Shown here one piece after another: positions 24,626-26,460 of a stretch of 26,460 nt of DNA. A program made the position numbers and the translations under genes. This DNA comes from Gemmatimonadota bacterium (GTDB taxonomy: Bacteria > Gemmatimonadota > Gemmatimonadetes > Longimicrobiales > RSA9): assembly GCA_040905425.1 (NCBI GenBank), contig JBBDRO010000070.1, positions 1 to 26,460 of the forward strand, written 5' to 3'. Every line of letters begins with the position of its first letter. The first letter of the stretch is position 1. The notes under the pieces were generated by a model. That model did no database searches. It was not told the DNA's origin and saw only the letters and a program-made list of their open reading frames with translations.

Positions 24626-26062
24626 CTAGGACGCGCCCGTAAGCACCTCCAGCATGCGGTTGATCGCCCCCGTGTTGCCCACCCACCGCGCCACGATGAC
24701 CAGGTCGCGCGTGGGATCCACGTAGATGACGTTGTTGCCGGCGCCCAGGTGATAGAACGCCTCGGGCGGACCGGCGCTGAAGCGCGGCCGCTCGCCGCCG
24801 TTCAGGAAGAAATTCATAAAGCCGTAGGTGGCGTTGGCGGGCCCGGGCGTGCGCGCCATGGCCAGCCACGCCTCCGAGAGCAGCCGCTGGCCGTCCCACA
24901 TGCCGTTGCGCGCCGTGAGCAGGCCGAAGCGCGCCATGTCCCGCGCGCTGATAAACATGCCGCCGCCCCAGTGGGAGCCACCGCTCACCGATTGCATGAG
25001 TTGTCCGTCGATGACCACCCAGGAGTTGTCGTAGCCGGTCCAGCGCCAGGTGGGGCTGGCGCCTATGGGGTCCATGAGGTGCTCGCGCAGCACCTGGGGC
25101 AGCGGCCGCCGCCACACGTTCAAGGCCGCCAGCGCCACCAGGTTTACGCGCGTGTCATTGTACTCGAAGCGGGTGCCGGGCTCGCGCCGCTCGCGCGCGC
25201 GGTCCGCCTCCAGGTCGCGCGCCGGCCGGTCCGCCCAGTCCGGCTTGCCCCAGAGCGTGCCCTGCCAGTCGCTGGTCTGGCGCAGCAGGTCGTCCCAGCG
25301 GATGCGGGCGTTGTGCTCCGAGCTGAACGGTTCCAGCACCTCGAAAGCGTCGTAAGCCGCGCCCTCCATCGGCGTGCGAACGCTGTCCTCCGGACCCACG
25401 CCCATCCACGATGCCGGCACCGTGACCCCCGCCACGGGCGCGCCGCCCCCCGGCCCGCCTGGCGCCCCCTTGAGCGCCACCACGGGCGCCATGTACGGCG
25501 CCACGGGGTCCATCACCTCCCGGATCAGCCCGCGGTCGTACGCCAGCCCCACCGTGCTCGAGAGGAAGCTCTTGGCCACGCTGAAGGTCTGGTCCACCCG
25601 GTCGGGCTCCCCCCACTCGGCAACGATGTAGCCGTCCTTGATGATGAGCCCGCTGGCCGGCCCCCGGTCCTTGAAGGGGCCGATGGCCTCGCCGAAGGGC
25701 TCGCGCCCGAAGGAGCGCATGTGCTGCTCCAGCAGATCACGCGGGGCGTTCGACTCGGCTGCTATGGCCAGCGCCACCGCCGAATCGACAGCCGCCTGCG
25801 TGAAGCCCACCTGCGCCGGCGCGCGCGCTTCCCAGGCGCTGCGGGGCGGGTAATAGGCGCCCTGAGCGGCCAGCGGGGTGGCGGCGGCGCCCGCGGCTGC
25901 GGCAAGCACCGTGGTCAGGACGGCGGCCCGGAAGGCGGTCCGGAAGGGGGTCCGGATGGCGGTCAGGACGGCGGTCAGGACGGCGGTCAGGACGGCGGTC
26001 CGGACGGCGGTCGCCATGGCGGTCAGCGCCGGAGCGGGTGTCCTTCGGGTGGCGTTCAGCAT
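24626..26062 (-). CDS. Secreted serine hydrolase, beta-lactamase (AmpC-like) family
   Basis: SVAK (SxxK), LL.QTS, FEYND, ISARDMARFG, HLGAG; ATG 26062 with GGAG upstream; signal ends LAA-Q. Confidence 0.88.
   Translation of the reverse strand: MLNATRRTPAPALTAMATAVRTAVLTAVLTAVLTAIRTPFRTAFRAAVLTTVLAAAAGAAATPLAAQGAYYPPRSAWEARAPAQVGFTQAAVDSAVALAIAAESNAPRDLLEQHMRSFGREPFGEAIGPFKDRGPASGLIIKDGYIVAEWGEPDRVDQTFSVAKSFLSSTVGLAYDRGLIREVMDPVAPYMAPVVALKGAPGGPGGGAPVAGVTVPASWMGVGPEDSVRTPMEGAAYDAFEVLEPFSSEHNARIRWDDLLRQTSDWQGTLWGKPDWADRPARDLEADRARERREPGTRFEYNDTRVNLVALAALNVWRRPLPQVLREHLMDPIGASPTWRWTGYDNSWVVIDGQLMQSVSGGSHWGGGMFISARDMARFGLLTARNGMWDGQRLLSEAWLAMARTPGPANATYGFMNFFLNGGERPRFSAGPPEAFYHLGAGNNVIYVDPTRDLVIVARWVGNTGAINRMLEVLTGAS
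25910..26029. repeat. 12-bp tandem repeat, about 10 units, inside the signal-peptide region
   Basis: GGCGGTCAGGAC three times exactly (25958-25993) with variant flanking units; encodes TAVL/TAVR-type tetrapeptides. Confidence 0.9.
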
Positions 26063-26158
26063 ACGCACGGGCGGTCTCCGCGTGGGCCGGGTGCTGGTTC
26101 GGGAGGGGGCGGGCAAATGAACGTGATCGGGGCGTTGGGGCAAGTGGGTGGGGGTGGG

Positions 26159-26318
26159 GGGTCAGGGCGTCGCGACGGGTCGGGGTGCCGCGGCCAGTCG
26201 AGGCGCCACCGCGGGTTGGGGTGGGGGCGCCGGCGCGCGTTGACGTGGGCCGGCGGGTCGGCGGGCGTCGAGGCGGGCCGGCGTGTCGAGGCAGGCCGGC
26301 GCGTCGAGGCGGGCCGGC
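26159..26318. repeat. 18-bp-period G-rich minisatellite
   Basis: GCGTCGAGGCGGGCCGGC-type unit three times (26265-26318), plus four degenerate units 26159-26230. Confidence 0.75.
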
Positions 26319-26355
26319 GATTCTCATCAAACCCGCACGCAGGACCCATCCGAAT

Positions 26356-26454
26356 CGCGCGTTCGGCTTTGACCGCAATTATTGCCGCCAAACGTGCAAC
26401 CGTCCGGCGGCGCGCCGCGCGATCGGCTTTAGCAGCGATTATTGCTACGAAACG
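26356..26454. repeat. Two 39-bp palindromic direct repeats with 60-bp period, at the window edge
   Basis: 26356-94 vs 26416-54 match at 31/39; each contains a 25-nt imperfect palindrome TTT...GC(A/G)AT-T-ATTGC...AAA. Confidence 0.7.
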
Positions 26455-26460
26455 CCCACG

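Noticed and set aside
24381..25115. N-terminal extension giving a 1190-aa VPS10 protein
   Set aside because: Overlaps the serine hydrolase out of frame; the RBS, signal peptide and promoter all point to ATG 24380.
25737..26391. Minus-strand ORFs 25737-26378 and 26056-26391
   Set aside because: Translations simply mirror the 12- and 18-bp DNA repeats; no coding evidence.
26356..26454. Calling the terminal repeats a CRISPR array
   Set aside because: Only two divergent copies, a short spacer and no cas genes in the window.

Overview
High-GC (roughly 70%+) bacterial chromosomal segment. The gene content (Ig-repeat/M8 lipoproteins, 6-bladed propeller lipoprotein, VPS10-like protein, YtcJ amidohydrolase) suggests Gemmatimonadota; this is an inference. 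Left to right: a partial wHTH/acidic-repeat gene; a probable low-oxygen signalling module (tandem USP, FixL-like PAS-GAF kinase, HAMP-HisKA_3 kinase, CopD-like membrane protein, NarL/NreC-type regulator); a GNAT-acetyltransferase/HDAC-deacetylase fusion; MscS; a propeller lipoprotein; csaA; two tandem Ig-repeat leishmanolysin-like lipoproteases; a tightly coupled minus-strand run (amidohydrolase, tag, THUMP methyltransferase, cobB, small membrane protein, HEPN-like protein, lipoprotein); a VPS10/BNR protein; and a serine hydrolase. The best unexplained signal is the 'intergenic' gap 20845-21540. It holds a sigma70-like promoter, about 390 nt of multi-domain GU-supported RNA structure with a possible pseudoknot, and an SD-sequestered 25-aa hydrophobic ORF, resembling a type I toxin or riboregulated small-protein mRNA; its first domain is 6S-like in shape. 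The window ends in 60-bp-period palindromic repeats that may continue beyond the edge. No tRNA, rRNA, transposase or convincing CRISPR array was seen.
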